In this document: piece after piece, positions 1 to 10,854 of the stretch
Position numbering within the stretch: the first letter of the stretch is position 1
Layout: each line of letters starts with the position of its first letter
Source of the DNA: Vampirovibrionaceae bacterium NZW_1234
Lineage (GTDB): Bacteria; Cyanobacteriota; Vampirovibrionia; Vampirovibrionales; JAGQHJ01
Length of the DNA: 60,982 bases
Reading direction: 5' to 3'
NCBI GenBank assembly: GCA_041697335.1
Contig: JBGUGD010000019.1
Coordinates: 1 to 60,982, forward strand
The notes under the pieces: model-generated
Told to the model about the DNA's origin: nothing
The model's input: the letters and a program-made list of their open reading frames with translations, nothing else
Database searches by the model: none
Position numbers and translations under genes: made by a program

Positions 1-486
1 GACACCTATGTGGTGGATGATGCGGGTGACGTGGTCACCGAGAACGCCAACGAAGGGACCGATACGGTTCGGGCGAGTATCACCTACAGCCTGGTAGCCA
101 ATGTCGAGAATCTGGTGTTGACTGGCAGCAGTAACATTGATGGAACCGGCAACGGCTTGGCCAACTCCTTAACCGGTAACAGCGGCAACAACACCCTGGA
201 TGGGGGTGCCGGGGCCGACACGATGGCCGGCGGTGCGGGTGATGATACCTACATCGTGGATGATGCCGGGGATGTGATCACGGAAAATGCCAATGAAGGG
301 ACCGATACGGTTCGGACCAGCATCACGTACACATTGGGTGCCAACGTCGAGAACCTGGTGTTGACTGGTAGCAGTAACATCAATGGTACGGGTAACTCCG
401 GTAACAATACGCTGACCGGTAACACTGGCAACAACACCTTGAATGGTGGTCTTGGAGATGACACCTATGTCTTTGGGACAGGTGAC
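1..486 (+). repeat. 243-bp (81-aa) tandem repeat units inside the RTX gene
   Basis: gacacctatgtggtggatgatgc at 1 recurs as gatacctacatcgtggatgatgc at 244; the protein unit DTYxVDDAGDV...[11 protein letters not shown] repeats. Confidence 0.85.
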
Positions 487-831
487 GGCCAAGATGTTGT
501 GAGAGATACGGGCGGTACCAATGATAAAATCCTGTTCGGAGCTGGTTTAGGTACCGCTGATGTCGCCTTCTTTATGAATGGTACCACCCTTGAAATCGGG
601 TATGTTGGTAACGTAGCGGATAAAATATCGGTACAAAACCAAAGCGTTGCTATTAACCAGATTGATCGGTTCGAACTGAACAACGGTAATTACTTAACAG
701 CAGCTGACGTGAATCAAGTCATCCAGGATATTAATACCTATGCTGCTGGGAATAGTATTACCATCAACTCAATCGAAGATATCAAAGGTAATGCCTCTCT
801 GATGGCAATTATTACAGCTGCTTGGAATTAA
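1..831 (+). CDS. RTX/hemolysin-type Ca-binding repeat protein, C-terminal part (5' truncated by the window)
   Basis: GGxGxD nonapeptides (GGAGAD, GGAGDD, GGLGDD), NVENLxLTG repeats, and an RTX-type C-terminus ending IITAAWN; lies next to the T1SS genes. Confidence 0.93.
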   Translation, partial: DTYVVDDAGDVVTENANEGTDTVRASITYSLVANVENLVLTGSSNIDGTGNGLANSLTGNSGNNTLDGGAGADTMAGGAGDDTYIVDDAGDVITENANEGTDTVRTSITYTLGANVENLVLTGSSNINGTGNSGNNTLTGNTGNNTLNGGLGDDTYVFGTGDGQDVVRDTGGTNDKILFGAGLGTADVAFFMNGTTLEIGYVGNVADKISVQNQSVAINQIDRFELNNGNYLTAADVNQVIQDINTYAAGNSITINSIEDIKGNASLMAIITAAWN

Positions 832-852
832 AAATCCGAGTGAGATTTATAC

Positions 853-889
853 AGCAATCCGTTATGGAAACATGACGGATTGCTTTTTT
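853..889 (+). terminator. Intrinsic terminator of the RTX gene
   Basis: agcaatccgttatg-gaaa-catgacggattgct followed by a T run. Confidence 0.85.
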
Positions 890-1001
890 AATGCGCTTAT
901 CCCTTTGGAGCGTGTTGCTGCCATTATTTGTTGATGTCGACACACGCAGATACTCAGATCCGCTTTAAAGCAGCATGGCTGAAGTTTACCACGATAAATT
1001 A

Positions 1002-1031
1002 AACCGCTGCTCAGTGAGCTGAGCAGCGGTT
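1002..1031 (-). terminator. Hairpin downstream of the hlyD-like gene, probable terminator
   Basis: Perfect 13-bp stem aaccgctgctcag-tgag-ctgagcagcggtt. Confidence 0.7.
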
Positions 1032-1052
1032 ATTGCTGATGGATATGTTTGA

Positions 1053-2375
1053 CTAGCGTACGCTAACGCTTTCGTTTAAAGAACGAATTAAGGGGTAAAT
1101 AAAGAATTCAATAATTTTACGCTTACCGACTTTAACTTCGGCAGTCACCGTCATGCCAGCTTTTAAAGGGGTTTCGTTACCGTTGACCTTTAAAGAATGT
1201 TTTTGAAGCTCAATACTTGCCTTATAGACGGGTGGCTGGTTTTTATCCTGATGACTGTCGCTGGAGAGCAAGAGGAGTTTGCCAGGGATAATGCCATATT
1301 TCTGAAAGTCGAAGGTATCCACTTTTACATTGACAGGAAGTCCCGTCTGGACATAGCCGATATCCTTATTTTGAATCGCTGATTCAACCACGAGGGGTGC
1401 ATTGGAAGGAATGAGCGACATAATTTTTTGGCCGGGTTGAACCACACCACCCACTGTGTTCATTGCCAATTCGTCTATAATTCCGTCTTCGGGAGAGGTT
1501 AATGTCTGTTTATCATTTTTAAATTCAATTTGTTTTATCTGAGCTTGGAGCTCGATACTGCGCTTTTGCATGAGGGCCAAATCTGTCAGGAGCTGGGTAC
1601 GATAATTTGACTGAATATACCCGATTTCTTTTCGGATTTGTGCTTCTTTGGCATACAGCTCTGAAATACGATGACTGGCCTCTTCGCGTTTCGTGGTGTG
1701 TTCCATTAATGCTTCTTCAACCTGTTCAAGATCACGCTTCGGAATAATTTCTCGGACGGGGCCCATGCGTGCCTGCTTTGCCAAATTGAGTTTGATCAAG
1801 TCGTCGGCATGAGCTTTTTCCTCTTTGGCAATGGCCAGTTGTTGTTGAATTTGGCGTAATTCTTCCTGCTTCGAATTGACCTGCTCGGCTACACCATTCT
1901 TCGAGGCATTGTATAACATACGTTGGGCTGCAATATGTTGAGCATCGTATTTCGTGGGGTTTGGTAAAAAGGAAAGGTTGTCTAATTCTGCCTGAATGCG
2001 TTCTTGCTCAAGCAAGGTATAATTTAAATTTTGAGTCATCGACTCTAATGCGGGTTCAATGGTGGAGGGGTCAATTTCGACGAGGGTTTGGCCTTTTTTT
2101 ACAAAGTCACCTTCCTTGACCGCGATTTTTCGGATGACGCCGGCATCTAAGGGTTGAATGATTTTGGCATGTCCTTGAGGAATAATTCGCCCTTTCGATG
2201 TTATGACGACATCCACTTCACCCAGTGTGAGCCAAAGGCCAATGCACAAAAGCAGTGCGCATACGATCCAAAATGTCGTTCGACCCAGGGGACTAATAGG
2301 GCGTTCTTCGATTTCTGCAAGAATGGGGTTAAATTCATGCAGATCCTCAGGCGGATGTTTAAACAAGGTAGGCAT
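1053..2375 (-). CDS. hlyD: HlyD-family T1SS periplasmic adaptor
   Basis: N-terminal TM helix, VKEGDFVKKGQTL lipoyl-like motif, coiled coil, and GMTVTAEVKVGKRKIIEFFIYPL C-terminus. Confidence 0.95.
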   Translation of the reverse strand: MPTLFKHPPEDLHEFNPILAEIEERPISPLGRTTFWIVCALLLCIGLWLTLGEVDVVITSKGRIIPQGHAKIIQPLDAGVIRKIAVKEGDFVKKGQTLVEIDPSTIEPALESMTQNLNYTLLEQERIQAELDNLSFLPNPTKYDAQHIAAQRMLYNASKNGVAEQVNSKQEELRQIQQQLAIAKEEKAHADDLIKLNLAKQARMGPVREIIPKRDLEQVEEALMEHTTKREEASHRISELYAKEAQIRKEIGYIQSNYRTQLLTDLALMQKRSIELQAQIKQIEFKNDKQTLTSPEDGIIDELAMNTVGGVVQPGQKIMSLIPSNAPLVVESAIQNKDIGYVQTGLPVNVKVDTFDFQKYGIIPGKLLLLSSDSHQDKNQPPVYKASIELQKHSLKVNGNETPLKAGMTVTAEVKVGKRKIIEFFIYPLIRSLNESVSVR

Positions 2376-4485
2376 TGGAAGTCATTTCCTGCTGCTTATA
2401 CAGATAGTGATAAAGTCCTTTTTGAGCCACAAGTTCTTTGTGGTTCCCCGCTTCTACCAACTGTCCTTTTTCCAGAACAAAAATGATGTCGCAATCCTGG
2501 ACTGCAGTAAGTCTATGAGCCACAATGAAGACAGTCCGTCCTTGCTGAATTTTTTTCATGTTATCAAAAATAATACGCTCGGATTCATAGTCGAGTGCTG
2601 AGGTTGCTTCATCAAAAATCAGAATTCGGGGGTCGGTGATTAAAGCACGCGCGATTGCAATACGTTGCCGTTGCCCTCCTGACAAGGTGGAGCCTCTCTC
2701 CCCAACTATCGTGTCATACCCCTCTGGAAGTTGTGTAATAAACTCATGGGCACCTGCCAGTTGAGATGCTTCGATAATATGCTCAATCGAGGCTTCAGGA
2801 CGTGCCATGGCTATGTTTTCTCGGATGGTACCACTAAAGAGGTAATTTTCCTGGAGTACGGTTCCAATATGATAACGAAGCCAAATGGGGTTCATATGCC
2901 GTGTATCTACATCATCAATGTAAATGGCACCCTCTTGCTGGATATAGAGACGTTGAATCAGTTTGGTGAGTGTGCTTTTTCCACTGCCACTTCGGCCAAC
3001 CAGACCAATACTTGCGCCGGGGGGAACACTAAAGCTAAGGTTCTTGAGGACATAAGGGGAATCCGTATTATATTTGAAGCAGACATTGTCAAATTTGACA
3101 TTCCCTTTGAGTTCGGGCAATGTAATTGCCTGTGAGTTTTGAACCTCGATAGGTGAATTCAAGATGTCCCCTAACCGTTCAACAGCCATCATGCTCTGCT
3201 GAAAGTCATTCCAGAGATTGACCAAACGTAAGACAGGGTTTGTAAGTTGGTTCGAAAACATCTGGAATGCAATTAATTGGCCTATTGTCATCTTGTTGCT
3301 TAAAACCAGGCCAACACCCAAATACAGGACTGAAATGACGATGGCTTTTTGGAGTAAGCCTGATAGGGCAGAAGCGATTGTAGCCAGAGAAGATAAATTA
3401 AAACTGGAGTTCAGATAATTGCCCAAATAATCTTCCCAGCGCTTTTGCATCGAACCTTCAATAGCCAGGGACTTAACGGTATTAATGCCTGTAATCGCTT
3501 CAACCAAATAGGAGTTTGCTTGGGCACTCATCTGGAATTTGGACTCCAAGCGAGAACGAAGTGCGGGAGTAATGAAAAAATAGATGATTCCAATTAAGCT
3601 CACAATCCCAGCGACAACCCCAGCTAGAAACGGGCTGTAAACTATCATCATTGCCAGAAATACAAATGAGAAAAACAAGTCGATAATAACAGTGACTGAG
3701 CGGTTTGTGATGAATTCTCGGATCCTATCCAGCTCTTTTACACGAGAAACGATATTACCTACTTTTCGAGACTCAAAATAGACATAGGGTAAAGCAAACA
3801 GATGTTTAAAGAGCTTTGCACCTAGTTTTGCATCGATTTTATTGGCCGTATGGATAAAAATGTAGTTACGTGTGATGTTTAGCAGAAATTCAAAAACAGT
3901 GACCATGCCAAATGCAAGTGCCATGACAATCAAGGTATTCATCGCATGATTGACAATGACTTTGTCCAGGATGACCTGTGTGAGCAAGGGGGTTGCCAGG
4001 CCAAACAATTGCACTAAAAATGAACCGAGCATGACTTCAGCAATGACACGTCGGTATTTGGAGATTTCCTGGAAGAACCAGGCGTAGCCGAACTTAATTT
4101 GTGATTCAATCTGCTTGTGTTTCAGGATGATGAGTCTGCCCGAGTTCAGTGAATCTAAGTCTTCAAAGGTTAAACTTTGAGTACTTTTGCTGATTGGATT
4201 GAATATCAGGCTTTTCTTTTCTGTCGTATCCACTTTTAATAGAACACGATAAATATTGTCATTGCCGATGATAATTGCCGGTAATGGATAGCGTGCCTGG
4301 GCCAACTTGGCCATGGTCAGTTTTTTGGATTTTGCTTTAAAGCCCTGGTGTTTAAGAATGCGAAGGAGTTCTTCCTCCCGTAATTCTGAATCGGATAATG
4401 CAAACTCTCTCGAAATCGAACGAGTATCAATCGCAATCTGATTGATTTGGGCAATGAGTTCTAATGCGAGTAATCCTGTTTGCAT
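2359..4485 (-). CDS. hlyB: HlyB-family T1SS ABC transporter with a C39-like N-terminal domain
   Basis: TM domain, Walker A GRSGSGKS, signature LSGGQRQR, Walker B ILIFDEATSALD; the N-terminal domain has no catalytic Cys. Confidence 0.96.
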   Translation of the reverse strand: MQTGLLALELIAQINQIAIDTRSISREFALSDSELREEELLRILKHQGFKAKSKKLTMAKLAQARYPLPAIIIGNDNIYRVLLKVDTTEKKSLIFNPISKSTQSLTFEDLDSLNSGRLIILKHKQIESQIKFGYAWFFQEISKYRRVIAEVMLGSFLVQLFGLATPLLTQVILDKVIVNHAMNTLIVMALAFGMVTVFEFLLNITRNYIFIHTANKIDAKLGAKLFKHLFALPYVYFESRKVGNIVSRVKELDRIREFITNRSVTVIIDLFFSFVFLAMMIVYSPFLAGVVAGIVSLIGIIYFFITPALRSRLESKFQMSAQANSYLVEAITGINTVKSLAIEGSMQKRWEDYLGNYLNSSFNLSSLATIASALSGLLQKAIVISVLYLGVGLVLSNKMTIGQLIAFQMFSNQLTNPVLRLVNLWNDFQQSMMAVERLGDILNSPIEVQNSQAITLPELKGNVKFDNVCFKYNTDSPYVLKNLSFSVPPGASIGLVGRSGSGKSTLTKLIQRLYIQQEGAIYIDDVDTRHMNPIWLRYHIGTVLQENYLFSGTIRENIAMARPEASIEHIIEASQLAGAHEFITQLPEGYDTIVGERGSTLSGGQRQRIAIARALITDPRILIFDEATSALDYESERIIFDNMKKIQQGRTVFIVAHRLTAVQDCDIIFVLEKGQLVEAGNHKELVAQKGLYHYLYKQQEMTSNAYLV

Positions 4486-4488
4486 TGT

Positions 4489-5841
4489 TTATACCGCCGT
4501 CATCAGTTTCATCTTCATCAGAGACACTTTTCGTCGAATATCCGCTTCCGCCAGGCGACGTTTTTCATCCAGAACTTCTGCTTGTTGGAGTAAAAGACGT
4601 GTTTTATCCAGCATTTCCTGTTGTGATAGCTTCTCAAACATAACCAGTTTTTCCTGGTTTTGGTTGACCAGTAAATTCTTATGTTCCATTTCCAGATGGC
4701 GTTCTTGGCTTTCTTGTTTCCACTTCATGTAGTTACGACGAATTTCATTTAACCTTTTCAGGTTTTCTAAATCTGCCTTGGCGGTTTCCAGTTTAACTCG
4801 TTTGACTTCTGCACTGTTTCGGATGTGGTCACTAATGGGAACATTGAGAGAGAAACCCACCGTAAATGTAAGGGGGCCGATGTCTCTTAAAGCACCACCC
4901 AATCTTGAGGGGTCCGTACCATACATGTTGTAATTGGCATAGAGGTTCAGTTGGGGCAATGCTTGTCGTTCTTGTGCTGCTAATTGTTCCTTACGCCGTT
5001 CCACTTCTAGTAAATACAACTTGTATTCCGGTGTTTTTTGCTCATCAAAGGGTTCCTCCTCAATGGTTGGGTCAACTTTAAATCCTGCAATTTCTATAGA
5101 GTCAGGGTCATAGGTTTCGTGGGTGAAATAGGAGAGTTCGATGAGCGCATCTTTAAATTTTTGCTTCAAGATTTGAATTTCGTCGGTGGTTTCCGCAACT
5201 TTAATCGCACTTTCGGCAACGTCCACCTTGGAAAGCATACCACTTTGATAAAGCCGGTTTTTCATTTGCATTACTTCCTGATAGAGCGGAAGCGTAAATT
5301 GTTTGCCCTTCAGGTTTATATAATTCGTCAGAACCGTGGCATAGGCGTCCGCGACCTGAATTTTTAGATCCCTTTCGGCTTTAATCTCGCTGATTTCTCT
5401 TTGTTTTAATCCTGCTTGAGCCAGCCTTAACTTGTGCTTCGCGATCCCAAATTGATAGATGGGTTGAGATAGATTGATCCCAATGAAACTTTGGAAACGA
5501 CTAACCGCTGAAGGTAAGATACTGTCACCTACAGCAATGGCATTCGGAGTATTATTATTTGCCAAGTTGCCGATATGTTCGGAATTCATCCGTAAGCTAA
5601 CCCTGGGCAGATATTCAATTTTAGCCTTGAGGACATCAACCTCACCCAGCTTTGTGTCGACTTCTGAAATCTTGACATCGTAAGAATTGTTGAGTGCTTT
5701 TTCCATGATGGTATCAAACTCAAGAAGCTCGGCATGAGCTGGTAATAATGGCAGCAGGCTTAAAGCTGTGCACATCAGCAAGCATTGTCGAACTCTATGG
5801 TTTACCCTGAGTAAAAGCCCAAGGGATTTTCTCTCCACCAT
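4489..5841 (-). CDS. TolC-family outer membrane channel
   Basis: Signal peptide ending AHA, two OEP-like repeats (YLPRVSL, ALPQLNL), in an operon with hlyB/hlyD; start trimmed to MVERK because the longer ORF overlaps the divergent gene. Confidence 0.85.
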   Translation of the reverse strand: MVERKSLGLLLRVNHRVRQCLLMCTALSLLPLLPAHAELLEFDTIMEKALNNSYDVKISEVDTKLGEVDVLKAKIEYLPRVSLRMNSEHIGNLANNNTPNAIAVGDSILPSAVSRFQSFIGINLSQPIYQFGIAKHKLRLAQAGLKQREISEIKAERDLKIQVADAYATVLTNYINLKGKQFTLPLYQEVMQMKNRLYQSGMLSKVDVAESAIKVAETTDEIQILKQKFKDALIELSYFTHETYDPDSIEIAGFKVDPTIEEEPFDEQKTPEYKLYLLEVERRKEQLAAQERQALPQLNLYANYNMYGTDPSRLGGALRDIGPLTFTVGFSLNVPISDHIRNSAEVKRVKLETAKADLENLKRLNEIRRNYMKWKQESQERHLEMEHKNLLVNQNQEKLVMFEKLSQQEMLDKTRLLLQQAEVLDEKRRLAEADIRRKVSLMKMKLMTAV

Positions 5842-6108
5842 TCTGGAAACTCTCAAACACTTTTTTCCATCTAGCACCCTTATTATAGAGATCTGGCTCG
5901 GGATTGTAATCCTCTGATTACTGTAGCCCGTCTCATGATGAAAAGAGGGGATGCTGGTTTCCGTTGAACGCTGTATTTTTCTGTCAAGCGCTTCTCGAAA
6001 GTTGAATATACGGGCATAATTAGAGTGATGTATTGGATAAGGGCATAACTTTCTGGTGATGCAATGGGTGTTGTAGCGAGAAAGTGGTGTTGAGTCGATG
6101 AGTAGTGT

Positions 6109-7353
6109 ATGACAAGACATTTGGCTTTTTTTCATCAGAACTATCCGGCGCAGTTCGGGCCTATTATTCAATTTTTATTGGAGCACTATGACACTGAGAT
6201 CTCGTTTTATAGCGAGTATGTTGCCAAACCTTTGCATCCGAAGGTGAAGCATGTATCTTTTAAGCCGGATGGGACGGGATCAGAAGAAAAAGATACCTCT
6301 TATTTCTTCTCCAGATATTTTGAAAGAGAAGCACGCAGTATGTATGGTGCATACAAGGCGTTTGAAGCACATCGGGAGAACCTACCAGATTGTTTTATAG
6401 GTCATGTGGGTTTTGGGAATTTGATGATGTTTCATGTGGCCTATCCGGATATTCCTACCATTGGATTTTTTGAGGTTTTTTACGATTTCAAAGAGATCAG
6501 TCGCCCAGAGTATCCTGTACCATGGGAGAATCGTTTAAGAGTGCCCTTGCGGAATGCGACGCAACTCTTGGAATTGGAATATTGTACAAAAGGTTACTCT
6601 CCCACACCGTATCAGCGATCGATGTTCCCTGATGCTTATCAGCACAAATTGGAAGTGCTTTTTGATGGGGTCGATACGGATTTTTACTCTCCTGGGCAAG
6701 TTATTGGGAACGCTTTACCAAAAACTTGGCCCGATGGTGTGAAGCTGGTCACTTTTGTCTCTCGTGGCCTGGAATCTTATCGAGGCTTTGATGTGTTTAT
6801 GGAAGTGGCACATCGTATTTGTCAACGCCGATCGGATGTTCACTTTATTATCGCAGGTAATCCGAAGACCCATTATGGTGCAGAGATGTTAACCGTGAAG
6901 GAGCCTTCGTTTAAAGAACACGTGCTTAAGCGGCATCAGTTTGATCTGAATCGGTTCCACTTCCTGGACTGGGTTTCTGAATCTGCTTTGGTTGATTTGT
7001 TTCGATTGAGTGATTGCCATTTTTATTGGACCATTCCTTTTACCCTTTCTTGGAGCTTCTTTCAGGCGATGGCTGCGGGTGCCCTTATATGTGGATCGGA
7101 TACAGCACCCGTGCAGGATGTTTTGGTGCATCAGGAAAATGGTTTGATCTGTGATCCGAATAGCATTGACGCCATGGTTGAGCAGATAATGGAAGCTTTG
7201 GCTGAACCAGAGCGATATCGGCCACTGCGTGAAGCGGCTCGCGAGACCGTTATTGCAAACTATAGCTTGCCGGTTTGTCTGCCCAAATTGGCTGACTTTT
7301 ATCTCGACAAATCGTTAGTGCCTTCAAAAGTTCACGTTTATGAGTCCTGTTGA
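6109..7353 (+). CDS. Glycosyltransferase family 4 (GT-B)
   Basis: HQNYPAQF N-terminus, VTFVSRGLESYRGF, and LSWSFFQAMAAG...GSDTAPV C-terminal motif. Confidence 0.9.
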   Translation: MTRHLAFFHQNYPAQFGPIIQFLLEHYDTEISFYSEYVAKPLHPKVKHVSFKPDGTGSEEKDTSYFFSRYFEREARSMYGAYKAFEAHRENLPDCFIGHVGFGNLMMFHVAYPDIPTIGFFEVFYDFKEISRPEYPVPWENRLRVPLRNATQLLELEYCTKGYSPTPYQRSMFPDAYQHKLEVLFDGVDTDFYSPGQVIGNALPKTWPDGVKLVTFVSRGLESYRGFDVFMEVAHRICQRRSDVHFIIAGNPKTHYGAEMLTVKEPSFKEHVLKRHQFDLNRFHFLDWVSESALVDLFRLSDCHFYWTIPFTLSWSFFQAMAAGALICGSDTAPVQDVLVHQENGLICDPNSIDAMVEQIMEALAEPERYRPLREAARETVIANYSLPVCLPKLADFYLDKSLVPSKVHVYESC

Positions 7354-9193
7354 TAAAATCGGTGCCGATGAGCGCGCCGCAATGCTTTCTGTCCTGGAGG
7401 CTGCTTTAGTGGAAGAGCCGGGCCGGCTTGACTTGCGAAAGCAATTAGGTGATCTTTATCGGGATTTAGGCCAGTGGGGTAAAGCTGAGCGTTGTTATGA
7501 CGGTTTGCTCGAACATCTACCTGAGCATCGTTTAGAATTATCTCTTTCTCTCGGCGCTGTTTTAAGACAACAGGGCAAAATCGATCAGGCTATTACTCTG
7601 TATGAACGTGCTATTGCTGAGAACCCCAAAGTGGCCGAGCTGTATCACAATTTGGGGAATGCTCTGAATGACGTTTCTCGCTATATTGAGGCCATAGAAA
7701 TATTTGAAGCGGCATTGGCTTTAAAACCCGATTACAGTTCTGCCTACCTGGGGCTTGGGATTGCTTTAGGCAAAAATTTCCAGAAAGATAAGGCGTTTGA
7801 TTCGTTTAAGTTGGCGATTCGATATAATCCGGAAAATAAAGTTGCGTATCTGGAATTAGGTAAGCTTCTGCTAGAACATAACCAGCCTGCGGATGCTCGT
7901 ATTTGTTTTGAGTCAGCCTTGGCCATTGATCCTGATTATGGTTATGCTTTGGAGGCGATGGGCTGTGTTAGCTCTGACTTGGGGGACTATGAGGCTGCTC
8001 TGGGCTATTATCGTCAGGCTCTAGCGACAGGGGGGGCTTGGCCCACATTATTTAGTAATATGGGCAACTGTTTGATGCAATTGGAACGCTACGAAGATGC
8101 CATTGAAGCGCTCACCACTGCAACTGATTTGTCACCGACTTTGAGTGTTGCCCACTACAATTTAGGTGTCGCATATAGCAAGTTAAATCGTTTACCCGAA
8201 TCCATTCAATCTTATGATCAGGCTATTGCCCTGGTCCATCATTATCCCAAAGCCCAGTTTAACCAAGGCTTAGTCTATTTGAAGCAAGGTGACTGGGAGC
8301 AGGGTTGGGCTGGGTATGAATATCGCTTTCAACAGGATAGCTATTATGAGCAACGTCAATTCTCACAACCTCAATGGCGAGGGCAGTCATTAAAGGGCAA
8401 GCGTATTCTTATTGCCGCGGAGCAGGGTTTTGGTGATGCAATCCAGTATGCTCGCTATCTGCCTCTGCTAAAAGCCCAAGGGGCCACGGTGCTTTTTGAG
8501 TGTCCCGGTGAGTTAATGACGCTTTTTGATCAATGCCCTTATATTGATGTGTTGGTTCCAAAAGACGCGTTCAGTCCTCATCAAGATCAAACATTTGATG
8601 TGTTCTGTTATCTTATGAGTTTGCCGTACTACTTTAAGACACAAGAAGATACCATCCCTGCATCAGAGAACATCTTTGAATGTTCACGCAAGCGTCAGGC
8701 TTATTGGCAAAATCGTTTATCGGGTCATGCTCGTAAAAAAGTGGGTATTGTCTGGGCCAGTAAACCGGATAACCCGACCAGTGCGTATCGCTCTTGTCGC
8801 CTGTCGGACTTTGCCGTGTTTCGGGATATTCACCAGGTGCAATTTTATAGTCTTCAAAAAGGCGAGGCTGCACTGTCGCTCTATTCTACGGAGCTTGGGT
8901 TTCCTGTTGTTGATCTCAGTCCGGATATTCGCGATTTCGCGGACACTGCTGCGATTATCCAAAACCTGGACCTGGTTATTTCAGTCGATACATCCGTTGT
9001 TCATCTGGCTGGAACACTCCGCTGTCCGACTTGGGTATTATTGCCATTTCAGTCTGATTGGCGGTGGCTCCAGAATCGCTTGGACAGTCCATGGTACCCA
9101 TCCGCTCGTTTGTTTCGGCAAGAGGTTCATCAAAATTGGCGCACCTTGTTTGATAAAGTTCATGCCGCTTTAAAAGTTTACGCCAGTGAGTAA
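7340..9193 (+). CDS. TPR-repeat protein with a C-terminal GT9-like glycosyltransferase domain
   Basis: About nine TPR repeats, then EQGFGDAIQYARY, LDLVISVDTSVVHLAG, DWRW...SPWYPS. Confidence 0.9.
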   Translation: MSPVDKIGADERAAMLSVLEAALVEEPGRLDLRKQLGDLYRDLGQWGKAERCYDGLLEHLPEHRLELSLSLGAVLRQQGKIDQAITLYERAIAENPKVAELYHNLGNALNDVSRYIEAIEIFEAALALKPDYSSAYLGLGIALGKNFQKDKAFDSFKLAIRYNPENKVAYLELGKLLLEHNQPADARICFESALAIDPDYGYALEAMGCVSSDLGDYEAALGYYRQALATGGAWPTLFSNMGNCLMQLERYEDAIEALTTATDLSPTLSVAHYNLGVAYSKLNRLPESIQSYDQAIALVHHYPKAQFNQGLVYLKQGDWEQGWAGYEYRFQQDSYYEQRQFSQPQWRGQSLKGKRILIAAEQGFGDAIQYARYLPLLKAQGATVLFECPGELMTLFDQCPYIDVLVPKDAFSPHQDQTFDVFCYLMSLPYYFKTQEDTIPASENIFECSRKRQAYWQNRLSGHARKKVGIVWASKPDNPTSAYRSCRLSDFAVFRDIHQVQFYSLQKGEAALSLYSTELGFPVVDLSPDIRDFADTAAIIQNLDLVISVDTSVVHLAGTLRCPTWVLLPFQSDWRWLQNRLDSPWYPSARLFRQEVHQNWRTLFDKVHAALKVYASE

Positions 9194-10816
9194 TCAAATT
9201 AACCGACGATGGTTTGGGGATGTTTTTTCTGTCTGATGGGATTCGTGCTGGGGAAGTCGGATGAGTGTAACATTTTGAATCGTCTTGCTGTGAGCCGGAT
9301 ACTTTCTGCGATAGAATAGGGCCAGGGGTTTGTGTTTACTGAGCAGCATGACATTGGGCTTCCATTTTTGGAGGAAAGGCATTCTGGGCTGGTTCAGATG
9401 TAGTGTCAGATAATGGTTTCGCATAAAGTGCGACCCATAAAAATCGAAGCGGGTGTCAATAAAAACCTTGGTTTGGGGCGAACGATAGATGAGGCAACTT
9501 CCGACTTCGGCATCGGTAAAGAGTCTATCGGTTGGTTTCTGTTGAGCGAGATAAGCCTCAATGCCCTTCATGAGACGCTCACATTTGCCTAGTTTTGCAT
9601 GGTGGAACTGCTTGGGCAGAACCGTTGGGGTCACTAAAAATAAAGCTCCCAGGAGGATGCTGGCGGTTAAAATTATTGGAAAAAACATATTGAGTCTTGG
9701 TATAAGGGATTCTGCCCATTTTGGCTTGTGTACGTTAGAGTGCCAGGCATAATAAAGAGCTTGCGGAAGGAGTAAGGCGTAAAATAAAGCGCTCCAAACC
9801 ACAAAGCGCTGAACAAACAGAGTGAAGAGGGTGAAGGTTACCAGGTGTAACCATTGCCAGGGTGCAAGGGTTTGACGAATCTTGGGCAACACGAATAAAA
9901 GGCCCAGAACCAGGCCCAGGTAACACTGGTATGAAAGATAGTGAAAGTTGGGTGATTGAAGCTCGACAATGATATTGTTCATAAACTCCTGAGATGAGAG
10001 ATCTGTGAGATAGGTATAAATACCAATGCCATAGGGATTTATGAGACTGCTTAAGAAAGCTGTACATAGCAAGAGGCCATAGTTTTTCAGACTTTTGGGA
10101 TAACTTTGTGTTTTTTGCTCAGGCGGAAGATAGATTTCGGGAACCCGATGCTGGATAAAGTCACCCAGCGCCATCAATGTCAACGAGAACAGCCCAATAA
10201 TGACACCGGTATGCATATTGCCCCACAAGAGATACAGGCCGCACATAAAGCCGGTGAGTAGGGCTGTTTTTAGTTTTTCTACTCGATATTGCTCCAGAAG
10301 CAGCAATTGAACGGCAAGAAAGATGCTGGTTGCAATCATCGGGCGTAGGCTGATATTGACCGGGATGGTCATTATGACAAGCGTTGTCGGAATAATGCTC
10401 CAGAGCAAGGGAATCTGTTTTAGACGTGATACGGTCAGCGGGAGCAAGCTATAGAGGCAAACTGTAACTATGATGAATGCTCTGAGGAGACTCTGCTCTC
10501 CCAAAGATCGAAAACCTAGAGCCGTAATAACCTCAAAGAGCCATTGATAGACAACCCATGGTTTTTCATGGTGGGTCCATGAAAAAATGTCGTGATGCGG
10601 AATGTGATGATTGTCAAGAATATAGTTGCCTGTCTGAATAATCCAGGCTAAGTCCGGGGTGAAGGCGTGGTCCAGCATCGCAAATGTGAACATGTTCAGG
10701 CTATAAAAAAACACCATGAGGATGGTCAATCCCCCAAAGCTTGTCCACAGAATAAGCTTTAGCTTTTCTCTATATTCGTAAGAAGGAGGTGAAGGTGGTA
10801 GTGGCTTAGGTAGCAT
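9194..10816 (-). CDS. Polytopic membrane protein, GT-C-like glycosyltransferase candidate (paralog 1)
   Basis: More than 10 TM segments; PDLAW..TG..I....IP..DIFSWT, WGNMHTG, NPYG and FIDTRFDFY motifs. Confidence 0.7.
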   Translation of the reverse strand: MLPKPLPPSPPSYEYREKLKLILWTSFGGLTILMVFFYSLNMFTFAMLDHAFTPDLAWIIQTGNYILDNHHIPHHDIFSWTHHEKPWVVYQWLFEVITALGFRSLGEQSLLRAFIIVTVCLYSLLPLTVSRLKQIPLLWSIIPTTLVIMTIPVNISLRPMIATSIFLAVQLLLLEQYRVEKLKTALLTGFMCGLYLLWGNMHTGVIIGLFSLTLMALGDFIQHRVPEIYLPPEQKTQSYPKSLKNYGLLLCTAFLSSLINPYGIGIYTYLTDLSSQEFMNNIIVELQSPNFHYLSYQCYLGLVLGLLFVLPKIRQTLAPWQWLHLVTFTLFTLFVQRFVVWSALFYALLLPQALYYAWHSNVHKPKWAESLIPRLNMFFPIILTASILLGALFLVTPTVLPKQFHHAKLGKCERLMKGIEAYLAQQKPTDRLFTDAEVGSCLIYRSPQTKVFIDTRFDFYGSHFMRNHYLTLHLNQPRMPFLQKWKPNVMLLSKHKPLALFYRRKYPAHSKTIQNVTLIRLPQHESHQTEKTSPNHRRLI

Positions 10817-10854
10817 GGTGTTTACCGTTGACGATTAAGGGCTCGGGTTGGATT

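Noticed and set aside
5842..6171. N-terminal extension of the TolC ORF
   Set aside because: Overlaps the divergent GT4 gene and its promoter region; the signal peptide begins after 5841
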